DNA of 64,000 bases, from positions 127,211-191,210 of the forward strand of contig JAGVWC010000010.1 of the NCBI GenBank assembly GCA_018304465.1. Reading direction: 5' to 3'. This DNA comes from Candidatus Iainarchaeum sp. (GTDB lineage: Archaea > Iainarchaeota > Iainarchaeia > Iainarchaeales > JAGVWC01). Positions 27,882 to 37,046 of this stretch are shown piece by piece. Numbering within the stretch: position 1 is the first letter of the stretch; every line of letters starts with the position of its first letter. Position numbers and translations under genes: made by a program. The notes under the pieces are model-generated. The model did no database searches. It was not told the DNA's origin and saw only the letters and a list, made by a program, of their open reading frames with translations.

Positions 27882-28552
27882 AATCCCTCAAAGCAGTCAT
27901 ATTCGATCTGGACGGAACCCTCGTCGACACCATTCCGTTTCACTCGCAATCGTTTTTTGAACTGTTTTCCGACTTAAATCACCCGGTTCCCATGCGGCGA
28001 ATCAGGCCCTTAATCCGCCATCCAACCGAAAAAATATTCGAAAAACTTCACGCGCGAAAACGACTCGGAATGGACATCGAAAAACTCCTGGAACTACGCC
28101 GGAAAAAATACTACGAACTCATCAGAGGAAAAAAAATCGTGTTTTCGGACGCGTATCCCGCGTTATTGGAACTGCACCGCTACAAAAAAGGAATCGCGAC
28201 CAACTCCAGCCGCCAAACGCTTGAAGCCTCCACCAACCAGAGACTCCTGCGGTTTTTCAAATCCACGATCACGTTTTCCGATGTCTTGCGCGCCAAGCCC
28301 AATCCCGAAATGCTCAACAAAATCAGCCGGAAACTCCGCGTAAAACCATCCGAATGCGCGTTTATCGGAGACTCGGTCATGGATATTCGAAGCGCCAAAA
28401 ATGCCGGCATGACATCCATCGGGCTTTATCGAAAAACAGGCGCGTCCACCCTGGCCGACCTACAAAAAGAAAAACCCGATTACTTGATCCGAAAACTCAC
28501 TACGCTTCCCAAAATATTTCGCGAATTAGATCACGCCAACAAAAGGCTTTGA
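27878..28552 (+). CDS. HAD-superfamily hydrolase (beta-phosphoglucomutase-like subfamily IA)
   Basis: Motif I VIFDLDGTLVDT; later GDSVMDIRSAKNAG (motif IV). Confidence 0.8.
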   Translation: MKSLKAVIFDLDGTLVDTIPFHSQSFFELFSDLNHPVPMRRIRPLIRHPTEKIFEKLHARKRLGMDIEKLLELRRKKYYELIRGKKIVFSDAYPALLELHRYKKGIATNSSRQTLEASTNQRLLRFFKSTITFSDVLRAKPNPEMLNKISRKLRVKPSECAFIGDSVMDIRSAKNAGMTSIGLYRKTGASTLADLQKEKPDYLIRKLTTLPKIFRELDHANKRL

Positions 28553-28993
28553 CGAAAAAACCAACCGCCAGTATTCCACTTCTTTTCCCTGAATCGTTTC
28601 CGACCAAATCGAATCAAACGAAAAACCGAATTCGGAATACAGTTTTTTGGCGGCAGCATTGTCATGCGCGACAATGAGAACAACCGATTCCACGCCGCGT
28701 TTCTTTAGTTCCGAAAGCGAAAATTCAAGCAACGTCCGCGCGAGTCCTTGTCGACGAAACCCCTGGGCCACCACAAGACCGTTCATCCGCACCGTCCACG
28801 ATTCGATCCATTCGAACTCGATGAAACCCGAAAACACGCCGTCAGAAACCGTTTTGTACAACAAAAAATCGGGGTTGGATAGTTTTGACTCAAACGGAAA
28901 CTTGTCCACGTCAAGATACGAAAACTCTTTTTTCACAAGTTCGTTGAGCACCGGAAGATCATTGGTGGAAACCGGGGCGATCCGCGGTTCCAT
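28526..28993 (-). CDS. GNAT family N-acetyltransferase
   Basis: Acetyl-CoA binding motif VVAQGFRRQGLARTLL; 155 aa. Confidence 0.75.
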   Translation of the reverse strand: MEPRIAPVSTNDLPVLNELVKKEFSYLDVDKFPFESKLSNPDFLLYKTVSDGVFSGFIEFEWIESWTVRMNGLVVAQGFRRQGLARTLLEFSLSELKKRGVESVVLIVAHDNAAAKKLYSEFGFSFDSIWSETIQGKEVEYWRLVFSSKPFVGVI

Positions 28994-28994
28994 G

Positions 28995-29669
28995 CTAAAC
29001 AGACCTCAAAAAATCCGTGATCTCGATCCCGCTAACCGCGCAACCCGCGAATTTAACGCTCCATAACGCGGCTTCAAGACCCTGCTTTGATTGCGACAGT
29101 TCGCCTTCGAACAATTTTTCCGAAAACGCCAACGCCAACAAGTCGCAGCTACGCACCACGGTAGGCCGCCCCAACAGATCCGAGAGTTTTTTTAATCGGC
29201 TGCTATCGGTTTGCACCTGACGGTCCATCCGCCGCGCGATCAAGGACTGCAAGCGATACGGATCCTCAAGCATCATCCGGCACGTACGCTCGTCAATCGC
29301 CAACGCGTCCGCATTAAGCGACTTGAATACCGCTAGGGCTTCCAGTTCTCCCGCCTGAAGCAACTGCAATGGCTTTTCATTGACAAAAAAAGAATTATTC
29401 GACAATTCCGCAAACTCCGCGTACAACGATCGAAGCGCGTCGCTTTGCGGAATCACTTCGATCCACCGGTCCATCACGGCTTGCTTTAACCGGACCGCGT
29501 TCAGTTCGAAGCGCCGGATCGATTCCGGATGATGCACCGCTTCCTCGAACACGGACTGCGGAATCACGAACCGCAAGCCATGCTGGTGATGCAAACGCTG
29601 CAAAATTTTCAAAAAACACTTTTCGGTAATCGAAATCAAAACGCTCGAATCAAACACGATCGTCGTCAT
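28995..29669 (-). CDS. PIN-domain protein (~225 aa, long C-terminal extension)
   Basis: N-terminus MTTIVFDSSVLI, then FEEAV and AIDERT acidic motifs. The track ORF starts at 29807; the ATG at 29669 is preferred because it overlaps the upstream gene's stop (ATGA). Confidence 0.55.
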   Translation of the reverse strand: MTTIVFDSSVLISITEKCFLKILQRLHHQHGLRFVIPQSVFEEAVHHPESIRRFELNAVRLKQAVMDRWIEVIPQSDALRSLYAEFAELSNNSFFVNEKPLQLLQAGELEALAVFKSLNADALAIDERTCRMMLEDPYRLQSLIARRMDRQVQTDSSRLKKLSDLLGRPTVVRSCDLLALAFSEKLFEGELSQSKQGLEAALWSVKFAGCAVSGIEITDFLRSV

Positions 29670-30229
29670 GGTTTTTTCTCCGCAAGCAATTCTTTCAACC
29701 GATCCACACGCTCGGAAATGTTTTTGAGCACGGGCGTTTCCTCGTGCATTTTCGTAAAACCAATATAATTGAACAACGCTTGCTTGTCGCAACAAGTCAA
29801 ACCGCACGCCTGGCTCAAACTCAGCCCCAGCGCGTACGCGGAACTCGCCTGTTTTACCCGCGCTTTCTCAATGAGGTTTTGCCAGTAATTTCCGAACTCA
29901 AAATCGACCTTGGCCACGGTCGAAACGACGCTGGAAAGTTTTTTCTCAAGCAAACCGAATTCATCGGAGCGGGCCAACGAAACCGCTTCGTTTATTTCGC
30001 GCAAAATCGAATCCGCAACGCGCGGCCAGTTTTTCGAACGCTGAAAATGCGCCTTGCTCAACAGCTTTCCAAGCGAATACGAAATCACGGCGATTTCGGC
30101 TTTTTTAGAATCGTTTTCAAACGCCGCCTGGGCAATCGCGTCGTTTGCGGCTTCGCGTAGCCCCAATTCGCTTTTGGCCAAAAAAGCCTTGGAAACACGC
30201 TCAAGCAGCAACACCATCGATTCGGTCAT
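29666..30229 (-). CDS. Hypothetical all-alpha protein, translationally coupled to the PIN-domain gene
   Basis: 187 aa, predicted helical, no motif; its stop overlaps the PIN gene start. Confidence 0.45.
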   Translation of the reverse strand: MTESMVLLLERVSKAFLAKSELGLREAANDAIAQAAFENDSKKAEIAVISYSLGKLLSKAHFQRSKNWPRVADSILREINEAVSLARSDEFGLLEKKLSSVVSTVAKVDFEFGNYWQNLIEKARVKQASSAYALGLSLSQACGLTCCDKQALFNYIGFTKMHEETPVLKNISERVDRLKELLAEKKP

Positions 30230-30315
30230 ATCAACACCAACGCGTTTGCAATATTAAAACCCGACGATTAAAATAAAACCGCGGATTTAAATACTTTGAT
30301 TTTTTACTATATATT

Positions 30316-31659
30316 ATGAAAAGATTCTCCTTGCTTTTCACGGTTTTAAGCCTGTTTGCCCTGCTATTCACCCCTGTGTTCGCGGCGTTTTCTTCCTCGG
30401 ACGCGGTGTTGTTTGTCACCGAAGAAAACCATTTCCTTGAAAAAACCGAAGACGTCGAACAACCCACCGTTGCCATCACGCACGGCAACATCAAATACTG
30501 GGTGCTGCCCGTGATCCGCGGAACCGACGTCGTCACGTTCATTCCGATTCACATCAACGAAAAAACCGTTTCGCAAAACCAAGCCGTCAACGAACAATTG
30601 TTTTCCACCGCGAATTTTCTGCGATCCTACCTCACCTACAAAAACAGTCTGGCAAGTCAGAACAAAAAATGGTTTTTGGGAAGCGACAACCAATTGATCA
30701 TTGAAAATCTTTCCACAAGCCTCAAAGACTCCGTGTACCGGCTCAACATCGTCAAATCCGAATTTCCCGAGGGAAGCGCCGACATTGCCAAAATGCAAAC
30801 GAACCTGAATTCGATGGCAAGTTCCGCAGCCACCTTGTCCCAATCGATTTTCGAATTCCTGCAAACCGAAAGCGAATTCGTTTCCGCACCCGACACGGGA
30901 AAAACCGCGGCCATCAAAGACCAGCAAGCCGCCACCACGGAATTATTGCTTTTACTTGAAACCCAGGCGCGCGAATACAAAAGCCAAGTCAGCGCCCTCA
31001 AATTGAAAATCTCAAACTCGAATCTTCCGGCGGACAAAAAAAACAATTTCACCAAACTCGTCGACCCACCCGAAGAACTTTACACCATCGGAAGCACCTC
31101 GATCGGAAACTGGGTGATTTTAAGCAACGAAGCGTTGGCGCAAGTCCAATCCATTTACACGAGTTCCAAATCCAAAACGTTTCTCGAAGACGCAAGCAAC
31201 GCGTTTACGGTTCGAAACAACCAGAACGCGACGTACGCGGTATTGTTCGGATTAGACAACGAACTCAAAACCAAAACTCCGTATCCGACCCTTGAAACCG
31301 CCATCAAAGACATCGCGTCCGAACAAAAAAAATCCACGTGGACCAACCAGGACCAGTTGCAGGAAGCCTACACGAACTGGCAAAACGCAAGCGAAGCCTA
31401 CGACAACAAACAATACGATCTGGCGAAAACCCTCGGACAAAAATCCAAAAAAGCCGTTTTACGCGTGATTGCGGACGGAACCGTCGAAATCGAACCCGAT
31501 CCGATCAATTGGGATCTCCTCATGAACGCGCTCATCGCAGGATTCATTCTGATTATTCTGTTGTATTTTGTCAAAAACCGGAACAAAATCATCGGTGCCA
31601 TCGCCCAACCCGCCCCCGAAGAAGGAGTCGACTTAAATGCCTGGAAACGCAACATGTAA
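30316..31659 (+). CDS. Hypothetical secreted, C-terminally membrane-anchored protein
   Basis: N-terminal signal peptide MKRFSLLFTVLSLFALLFTPVFAAFS; C-terminal TM LIAGFILIILLYFV followed by basic residues. Confidence 0.5.
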   Translation: MKRFSLLFTVLSLFALLFTPVFAAFSSSDAVLFVTEENHFLEKTEDVEQPTVAITHGNIKYWVLPVIRGTDVVTFIPIHINEKTVSQNQAVNEQLFSTANFLRSYLTYKNSLASQNKKWFLGSDNQLIIENLSTSLKDSVYRLNIVKSEFPEGSADIAKMQTNLNSMASSAATLSQSIFEFLQTESEFVSAPDTGKTAAIKDQQAATTELLLLLETQAREYKSQVSALKLKISNSNLPADKKNNFTKLVDPPEELYTIGSTSIGNWVILSNEALAQVQSIYTSSKSKTFLEDASNAFTVRNNQNATYAVLFGLDNELKTKTPYPTLETAIKDIASEQKKSTWTNQDQLQEAYTNWQNASEAYDNKQYDLAKTLGQKSKKAVLRVIADGTVEIEPDPINWDLLMNALIAGFILIILLYFVKNRNKIIGAIAQPAPEEGVDLNAWKRNM

Positions 31660-32488
31660 ACTGCTGGTTCTTTTTTTCGTCTTGCTCGCAACCAACGCGT
31701 TTGCGGATCTTGCGGTTAGCATCCAGCCCGCCGACGGAAACACCTTGTTTTATCCAAACGAAGTCCGAGAATACCAGGTGCTGGTCATCAACACCGGAAA
31801 CCAAGCCGAGATCGGAACCCGGTTCGAACTCAACACGTCCGAATCCCTGGTTCTCCTGGAAGAAAACAAGGAAACCGACAAAATCCAGTTCACGTTACCC
31901 GAAATCAAAAGCCGCGACCAAGTCACGGTTCCCATCCGGGTCAAGGCCCGCGACTTGCCTTCGGACCGCGCCATCATCAGCGTCAATTACGGACAAACCC
32001 AGTTCACGGGACTCTCCGCGGTACAACATGTCGTCCGACAACCCGGATTCCAAACCCACACATCCATCCAATCCACCACGATCGCGTTAAACGAAAACAA
32101 CAAAATCGAAGTCACGGCCCGAAACGACTCCAACAACCCCGTTGCCAACATTGTAATCCGGCCCGCGTTGGAACCCGCGCTACAACCCCTCTCCCCGCAC
32201 GTGTACACCCTGGACCAACTGGATGAAAACGAAGCCATCCCCCCCCAAACATTCGAATTCGTTCCCAAAGGAAACGTCCTTGGAAAATTCAACGCTGGTG
32301 TCATCATTGAATTCGACGACGAACAAGGCCACCACGTCATCGACCGCCGATACATCGTAAGCGTCGAAGACCGCTCGATTTCCCTCTTGCTTGCCCTCCT
32401 GCTCATCGGAGCGTTGGCGTACATTTTTTTCGCCAGCAAAGAAAAAGCAAAACCCGCGTCCGAACCAAGAAAAACCGAAAAAAAATAA
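31637..32488 (+). CDS. Hypothetical secreted, C-terminally anchored beta-rich protein
   Basis: Signal peptide LLVLFFVLLATNAFA; C-terminal TM LLLALLLIGALAYIFF plus a KK tail. Confidence 0.5.
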   Translation: MPGNATCKLLVLFFVLLATNAFADLAVSIQPADGNTLFYPNEVREYQVLVINTGNQAEIGTRFELNTSESLVLLEENKETDKIQFTLPEIKSRDQVTVPIRVKARDLPSDRAIISVNYGQTQFTGLSAVQHVVRQPGFQTHTSIQSTTIALNENNKIEVTARNDSNNPVANIVIRPALEPALQPLSPHVYTLDQLDENEAIPPQTFEFVPKGNVLGKFNAGVIIEFDDEQGHHVIDRRYIVSVEDRSISLLLALLLIGALAYIFFASKEKAKPASEPRKTEKK

Positions 32489-32622
32489 CACGATCGGTAA
32501 AACCCGTGTAAAACGGCGCTCATACCTAATAAATCGATTTTTAATATGTTTGAATAAACAAGTCATATTCTTAGGACCCTATCAACATCCATTCCACCCA
32601 CCGTTTTTTCGAGTGAAAACCA

Positions 32623-33345
32623 ATGGACAACGTCATCGAAGCAGTCAAAGTATCAAAAATATACGACATGGGCGAAATCAAAGTGACGGCGCTCAATGAC
32701 GTCAGCCTCATGATCAAACGCGGCGAATTCGTCTCAATCACGGGTCCCTCCGGAAGCGGAAAAACCACCTTGCTCGACATCCTCAGCGCATTGTCCCGCC
32801 CAAGCAAAGGCGAAGTCCTCATTAACGGAGACCCGATTTCGCAAATGACCGATTCCGAACTCGCCTTGGTCCGCGGCAAAACCATCGGATTCGTTTTTCA
32901 AAGCTTTAACCTGATTCCCCGACTCACCGCCCTAGAAAACGTCATGTTACCGCTATGGTTTCAGGGAATCGCGCCGAAAGAACGGATCGAACGCGGTGAA
33001 AAAATCCTTTCCGAAGTCGGACTGGAAGAACGCATGCACCACAAACCCAACGAGCTCTCCGGAGGACAACGCCAACGCGTCGCCATTGCCCGCGCGCTTG
33101 CAGTCGACCCCGACATCATCGTCGCCGACGAACCCACAGGAAACCTCGATTCGAATTCCGGCGCGCTCATATTGTCTTTAATCGACGAACTGCATCAGAA
33201 ACGCGGAAAAACAATTCTTATGGTCACGCACGAACGCTACGTCGCCGAACGCGCCGAACGCATCATTCATATTAAAGACGGAAAAATCGAACAAAGCGAA
33301 GCCGTCAAGAAAAAAACCCAAGAAATTCGGAGGAACTACAAATGA
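32623..33345 (+). CDS. ABC transporter ATP-binding protein (MacB/LolD-like)
   Basis: Walker A ITGPSGSGKTTLL, signature LSGGQRQRVAIARAL, Walker B IIVADEPTGNLD. Confidence 0.9.
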   Translation: MDNVIEAVKVSKIYDMGEIKVTALNDVSLMIKRGEFVSITGPSGSGKTTLLDILSALSRPSKGEVLINGDPISQMTDSELALVRGKTIGFVFQSFNLIPRLTALENVMLPLWFQGIAPKERIERGEKILSEVGLEERMHHKPNELSGGQRQRVAIARALAVDPDIIVADEPTGNLDSNSGALILSLIDELHQKRGKTILMVTHERYVAERAERIIHIKDGKIEQSEAVKKKTQEIRRNYK

Positions 33346-34565
33346 ACCAAAAACCCATCGCCATACTTGCGATCCTGCTGCTTTTAACCGTCAATGCCGC
33401 GGCAGGCGCAGTCCAGATCAGCACCGTTACCTACACTCCTGCACCCGCGGCACCCGGACAACTCATCACGGTATGGGTCACCCTCAAAAATAATTCCCAA
33501 AACATCGCGCAACAAGTCACGGTCGAACCCCAGCCAGCCTACCCGTTTACGTTAAGCGCGACCGGAAACAACATGCTTTCATTTGACGCCATCGCTCCGT
33601 TCCAAACCGTTACCGGCAAACTCGAAATCGAAATCGACAAACAAGCCTTGAACGGAACATACCCGCTTGAAATCCGAGCTGCGGAAACCGGCGGAATGGG
33701 AGGCGTTTCCTCCGTATTACAAATCCGAGTTATTTCATACAAACCCCAGATTGAACTGATCACCGCGGACTTGCCCAGCGTGGAAGCCGGACAAACCGTC
33801 AACACCATGATCACCATCAAAAACATCGGCAGCTCCGGCGCCATCAACGTATTGGTCGGAACATTCGACAACGCCGCAAGCACCACCACCAGCACGTTTC
33901 CGATCAAAAACATCGGACCCACCTTGATCTACGTGGACGCGCTGGGACCCAACGAAACCAAACAAATCCCGATGATGTTTGGCGTTGACCCTACGGCCGA
34001 ACAAAAAACCCATTTGGTTCCCATTACCATCAAATACCAGGACGAAAACCGCTCCGACTTTTCGGTCACCCGATACCTCGGAATGCGCGTGCAATCGGAC
34101 GCCGAACTCGACGCATACCTCACGTACGAAGACACCGCCAAACCGACTCCCGGCGCAACGACCGAAATCACCGTCAATCTCTTTAACCGCGGAGCCGCCA
34201 CGGCCCGAAACATCGTGGTGCAAGTGGAAGACAGCCCTTCCATCGACATTTTGTCCGAATCCAAAGTCTTCATCGGAACACTCGACCCGGACGACTTCGA
34301 TTCCTTCAAACTCAACGCGCATATCAAAAACGATTTGGCACCGGGAAAAACCTATCCGATTCGACTGCGGTTTGAATTCAAAAACCAGGACAACCAAACC
34401 CAAGTCATCCAAAAAGACCTCAACCTAAACGTATTCGACGCCAATCTCGCCAACGGCGGCACCCAAACCGGATTCCCATGGGATCTTGTGGTGATCGTCA
34501 TCGTACTGGCCGTGATCGGATATTTCGGATACAAACGGTTCTTTGGAAAAAAAACCGGCAAATAA
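33342..34565 (+). CDS. Extracellular beta-rich (CARDB/DUF11-like) protein with signal peptide and C-terminal TM anchor; putative periplasmic-type component of the MacB/FtsX locus
   Basis: Signal peptide IAILAILLLLTVNAAAGA; repeated Ig-like segments; C-terminal WDLVVIVIVLAVIGYFGY followed by a KRFFGKK tail. Confidence 0.55.
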   Translation: MNQKPIAILAILLLLTVNAAAGAVQISTVTYTPAPAAPGQLITVWVTLKNNSQNIAQQVTVEPQPAYPFTLSATGNNMLSFDAIAPFQTVTGKLEIEIDKQALNGTYPLEIRAAETGGMGGVSSVLQIRVISYKPQIELITADLPSVEAGQTVNTMITIKNIGSSGAINVLVGTFDNAASTTTSTFPIKNIGPTLIYVDALGPNETKQIPMMFGVDPTAEQKTHLVPITIKYQDENRSDFSVTRYLGMRVQSDAELDAYLTYEDTAKPTPGATTEITVNLFNRGAATARNIVVQVEDSPSIDILSESKVFIGTLDPDDFDSFKLNAHIKNDLAPGKTYPIRLRFEFKNQDNQTQVIQKDLNLNVFDANLANGGTQTGFPWDLVVIVIVLAVIGYFGYKRFFGKKTGK

Positions 34566-34586
34566 AATAAAAACGGAAAATCCATT

Positions 34587-35798
34587 ATGGATCTCGAAAT
34601 CCTAAGCGTCGCCATCAATAACCTGCGGCACCAAGGCCTGCGAAGCTACCTGACACTCCTTGGCGTAATCATCGGAATCGCCTCGATTTTCGCCTTGGTG
34701 TCGATCGGCGACGGACTCAACGCGTCCGTTACCGAACAATTCGAAAAACTCGGAAGCAACACGATTTTCATCGCTCCAGGCGGCACGTTTTCAAGCGGCA
34801 GCGGAAGCCCCACCGCCACGGTGACGTTCAAAGACAGCGACATTGCACGCCTTGAAAGTTATCCCGAAGTCAAAAACGTCATTCCTTTTTTTGCCACAAG
34901 CACGGTCGGAAAACACGGAAGCGACCAAACCACCATCAGCATTTTTTCGTACGATCCCGACAAATCCGAATCCCTTGAAGAAACCGGAACCATCGAAGTC
35001 CAGGAAGGACGCTTGTTCAACAACCAAGACGTGTTCGCCGCCATGGTCGGAGAACAATTCGCCGAAAAAGCGTTTTCGCGCGAAATCGGACTCAAAAACA
35101 TCATTGAAATCAACGGAAAAAAATACAAAATCGTCGGAATCCTAAAACCCTCCAGCCAAAACATCGGCGGCGGAGGCCCCGAAACCAACAACACCGTGTG
35201 GATACCTGAAAAAGGCGCCCGACAAACATTTCCGAATTACGCGTCCAACTTCATGTTCGCCCAAACCTTCAACAAAGACCAAGTCGCGTCCGCCAAAGAC
35301 AAAATCCAGCGCTACTTTGACCGCGTTTACGGAAAAGACCAAACCACCGTGCAAACCAGCGAACAATTACTGGACCAAATCAAACAATTCCTCGCGATCA
35401 TCTCCGGCACCCTCATCGTGATCGCGCTCATCTCCCTGATTGTGGGCGGCATCGGCATCATGAACGCCATGGTCATGACGGTCCTGGAACGCACCAAAGA
35501 AATCGGCACCATGAAAGCGCTTGGCGCCACCAACACCCGCATCATGACCTTATTCTTGCTGGAAGCAGGCCTCATCGGACTCGTCGGCGGATTACTCGGA
35601 AGCCTGCTTGGATTTCTCATCGGCCAAGGCATGTCCATTGCGGGTCAAGCCGCCGGCATCAATCTCCAAGCCGTGGCCACCCCGGAATTATTCCTGTTCG
35701 TGCTCGCGTTTTCAATTATTATCGGAATGATTTCCGGTGCCTACCCCGCCTGGCGCGCCTCCAAAATGGATCCCGTCGTCGCGTTGCGATACGAATAA
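34587..35798 (+). CDS. ABC transporter permease, FtsX/MacB-like with large extracytoplasmic domain
   Basis: N-terminal TM, ~250-aa periplasmic domain, C-terminal FtsX 3-TM bundle; ends ...KMDPVVALRYE, as does the paralog at 60605. Confidence 0.85.
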   Translation: MDLEILSVAINNLRHQGLRSYLTLLGVIIGIASIFALVSIGDGLNASVTEQFEKLGSNTIFIAPGGTFSSGSGSPTATVTFKDSDIARLESYPEVKNVIPFFATSTVGKHGSDQTTISIFSYDPDKSESLEETGTIEVQEGRLFNNQDVFAAMVGEQFAEKAFSREIGLKNIIEINGKKYKIVGILKPSSQNIGGGGPETNNTVWIPEKGARQTFPNYASNFMFAQTFNKDQVASAKDKIQRYFDRVYGKDQTTVQTSEQLLDQIKQFLAIISGTLIVIALISLIVGGIGIMNAMVMTVLERTKEIGTMKALGATNTRIMTLFLLEAGLIGLVGGLLGSLLGFLIGQGMSIAGQAAGINLQAVATPELFLFVLAFSIIIGMISGAYPAWRASKMDPVVALRYE

Positions 35799-35820
35799 CT
35801 TTTTAAAACCCGAAGAACCA

Positions 35821-36306
35821 ATGCATACACTCATGGCTTCCACACCGCTTCGAAAAATAAAATTCGGCGATCTTCCGCTTTCCGTTCAACACCAGATTAC
35901 TCCGATTCTGCAGCACCGCAAAGACACCCGAATCACCACCGCTGCTTTTGCGTTCATCAACACTGCCGCGCTTGGCCGCGCGTTTCTTCCCAGCACGCCC
36001 AAACCCGACGTGGTAGCGCACGTACTCGCCGAAGCCGTCGTATTAGGCGCAAGCCTCAAAGCCTTGCACCATCACAACGAACCCTTCGAACTCGAAAAAA
36101 AAGGAGTTTTTCACGCGCTTCGAACCACGGACGATCCGAACATCAAAACCCTACTGACCCAATTTCCATTCGTGATCGTTGCCCGAAACGGCGACTTGAT
36201 CGGAAAACGATTCAATCCCCGCATCGGATTCGTTCCCATCGGCCGGCGACGCATTCCAACCCGAGAACGCCCCGCCAAAACCCTTCGCCGAAAACTAAGA
36301 AAATAA
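35821..36306 (+). CDS. Hypothetical protein, paralog A of a tandem pair (conserved GKRFxPRIGFxPIGRRRIPTR motif and basic tail)
   Basis: FGDLP...DPNIKTLLTQFPFVIVARNGDLIGKRFNPRIGFVPIGRRRIPTRERP; ATG at 35821. Confidence 0.5.
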   Translation: MHTLMASTPLRKIKFGDLPLSVQHQITPILQHRKDTRITTAAFAFINTAALGRAFLPSTPKPDVVAHVLAEAVVLGASLKALHHHNEPFELEKKGVFHALRTTDDPNIKTLLTQFPFVIVARNGDLIGKRFNPRIGFVPIGRRRIPTRERPAKTLRRKLRK

Positions 36307-36334
36307 ATAGAACAAAGACCCACAGGTTTCAATC

Positions 36335-36856
36335 ATGAAAAAACCGAACAAGCTCTACTTCGAGGACCTGCCGCAGGACATCCGACAATCCATCCGAGAA
36401 ATCGTTTCCCACCGGAACCGAATCCGACACTTTACAGACGATTTTTTAGTTATCAGCGGAGTGGCCGGCGGCTTGCTGTACCTCAGCACCCGTTCGTTTC
36501 AAAACGGACATCCCACAACAGGAATCATTACCGGTATTGCCGCGTCAATTCCGGCTAAAATAGTCGGAACCGCCCTTGCGGACCATGAACAGGAACATTA
36601 CCGCGAAGCATTATCGCTCCAGCACCGATTAACTAATTCCACAGACCCGAACGTCCAAGCCTTGTGTCAGCGCTTCCCTTATATCATCGTGACCAATAGC
36701 TTTGATCTGGTCGGAAAACGATTCGCTCCACGCATCGGATTCATCCCCATTGGAAGACGCCGGATTCCGACTCGAAAACCAGTGCCAAAACCGAGGCTGC
36801 CCTTTCCACGAACAAGACGAAGAATCCGAAAACGGATCCAGAAACGATTCCATTGA
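36335..36856 (+). CDS. Hypothetical protein, paralog B of the tandem pair
   Basis: FEDLP...DPNVQALCQRFPYIIVTNSFDLVGKRFAPRIGFIPIGRRRIPTRKP followed by an Arg/Lys/Pro-rich tail. Confidence 0.5.
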   Translation: MKKPNKLYFEDLPQDIRQSIREIVSHRNRIRHFTDDFLVISGVAGGLLYLSTRSFQNGHPTTGIITGIAASIPAKIVGTALADHEQEHYREALSLQHRLTNSTDPNVQALCQRFPYIIVTNSFDLVGKRFAPRIGFIPIGRRRIPTRKPVPKPRLPFPRTRRRIRKRIQKRFH

Positions 36857-37046
36857 TAAAAAAAAAACAGTAAAAAAAAGTGCGGGCCCTCAGAGTTGAG
36901 TTATTTCGTCATCTTCCTTTCGGAATCCAAAGGTGTTAACGTCCGCATTCGGCCCGCATACAAATTCCCCCCAAACAGGTTTTTAACTGCATGCAAAGCC
37001 GCATTTTGAATATTCATACAATGCCAAGGAAAAGCGAAAAGGAACA

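Noticed and set aside
33735-34412. 225-aa minus-strand ORF
   Set aside because: Antisense to the signal-peptide/CARDB-like protein of the MacB/FtsX locus. Gly/Val/Asp-rich reverse-frame artefact.
36881-36958. 78-nt tRNA-sized element bounded by a 7-bp acceptor-like stem on the minus strand
   Set aside because: No D-stem pairing, the central hairpin loop is 8 nt rather than 7 nt, and there is no T-arm (GTTC-like) consensus. Kept only as a possible ncRNA/terminator.
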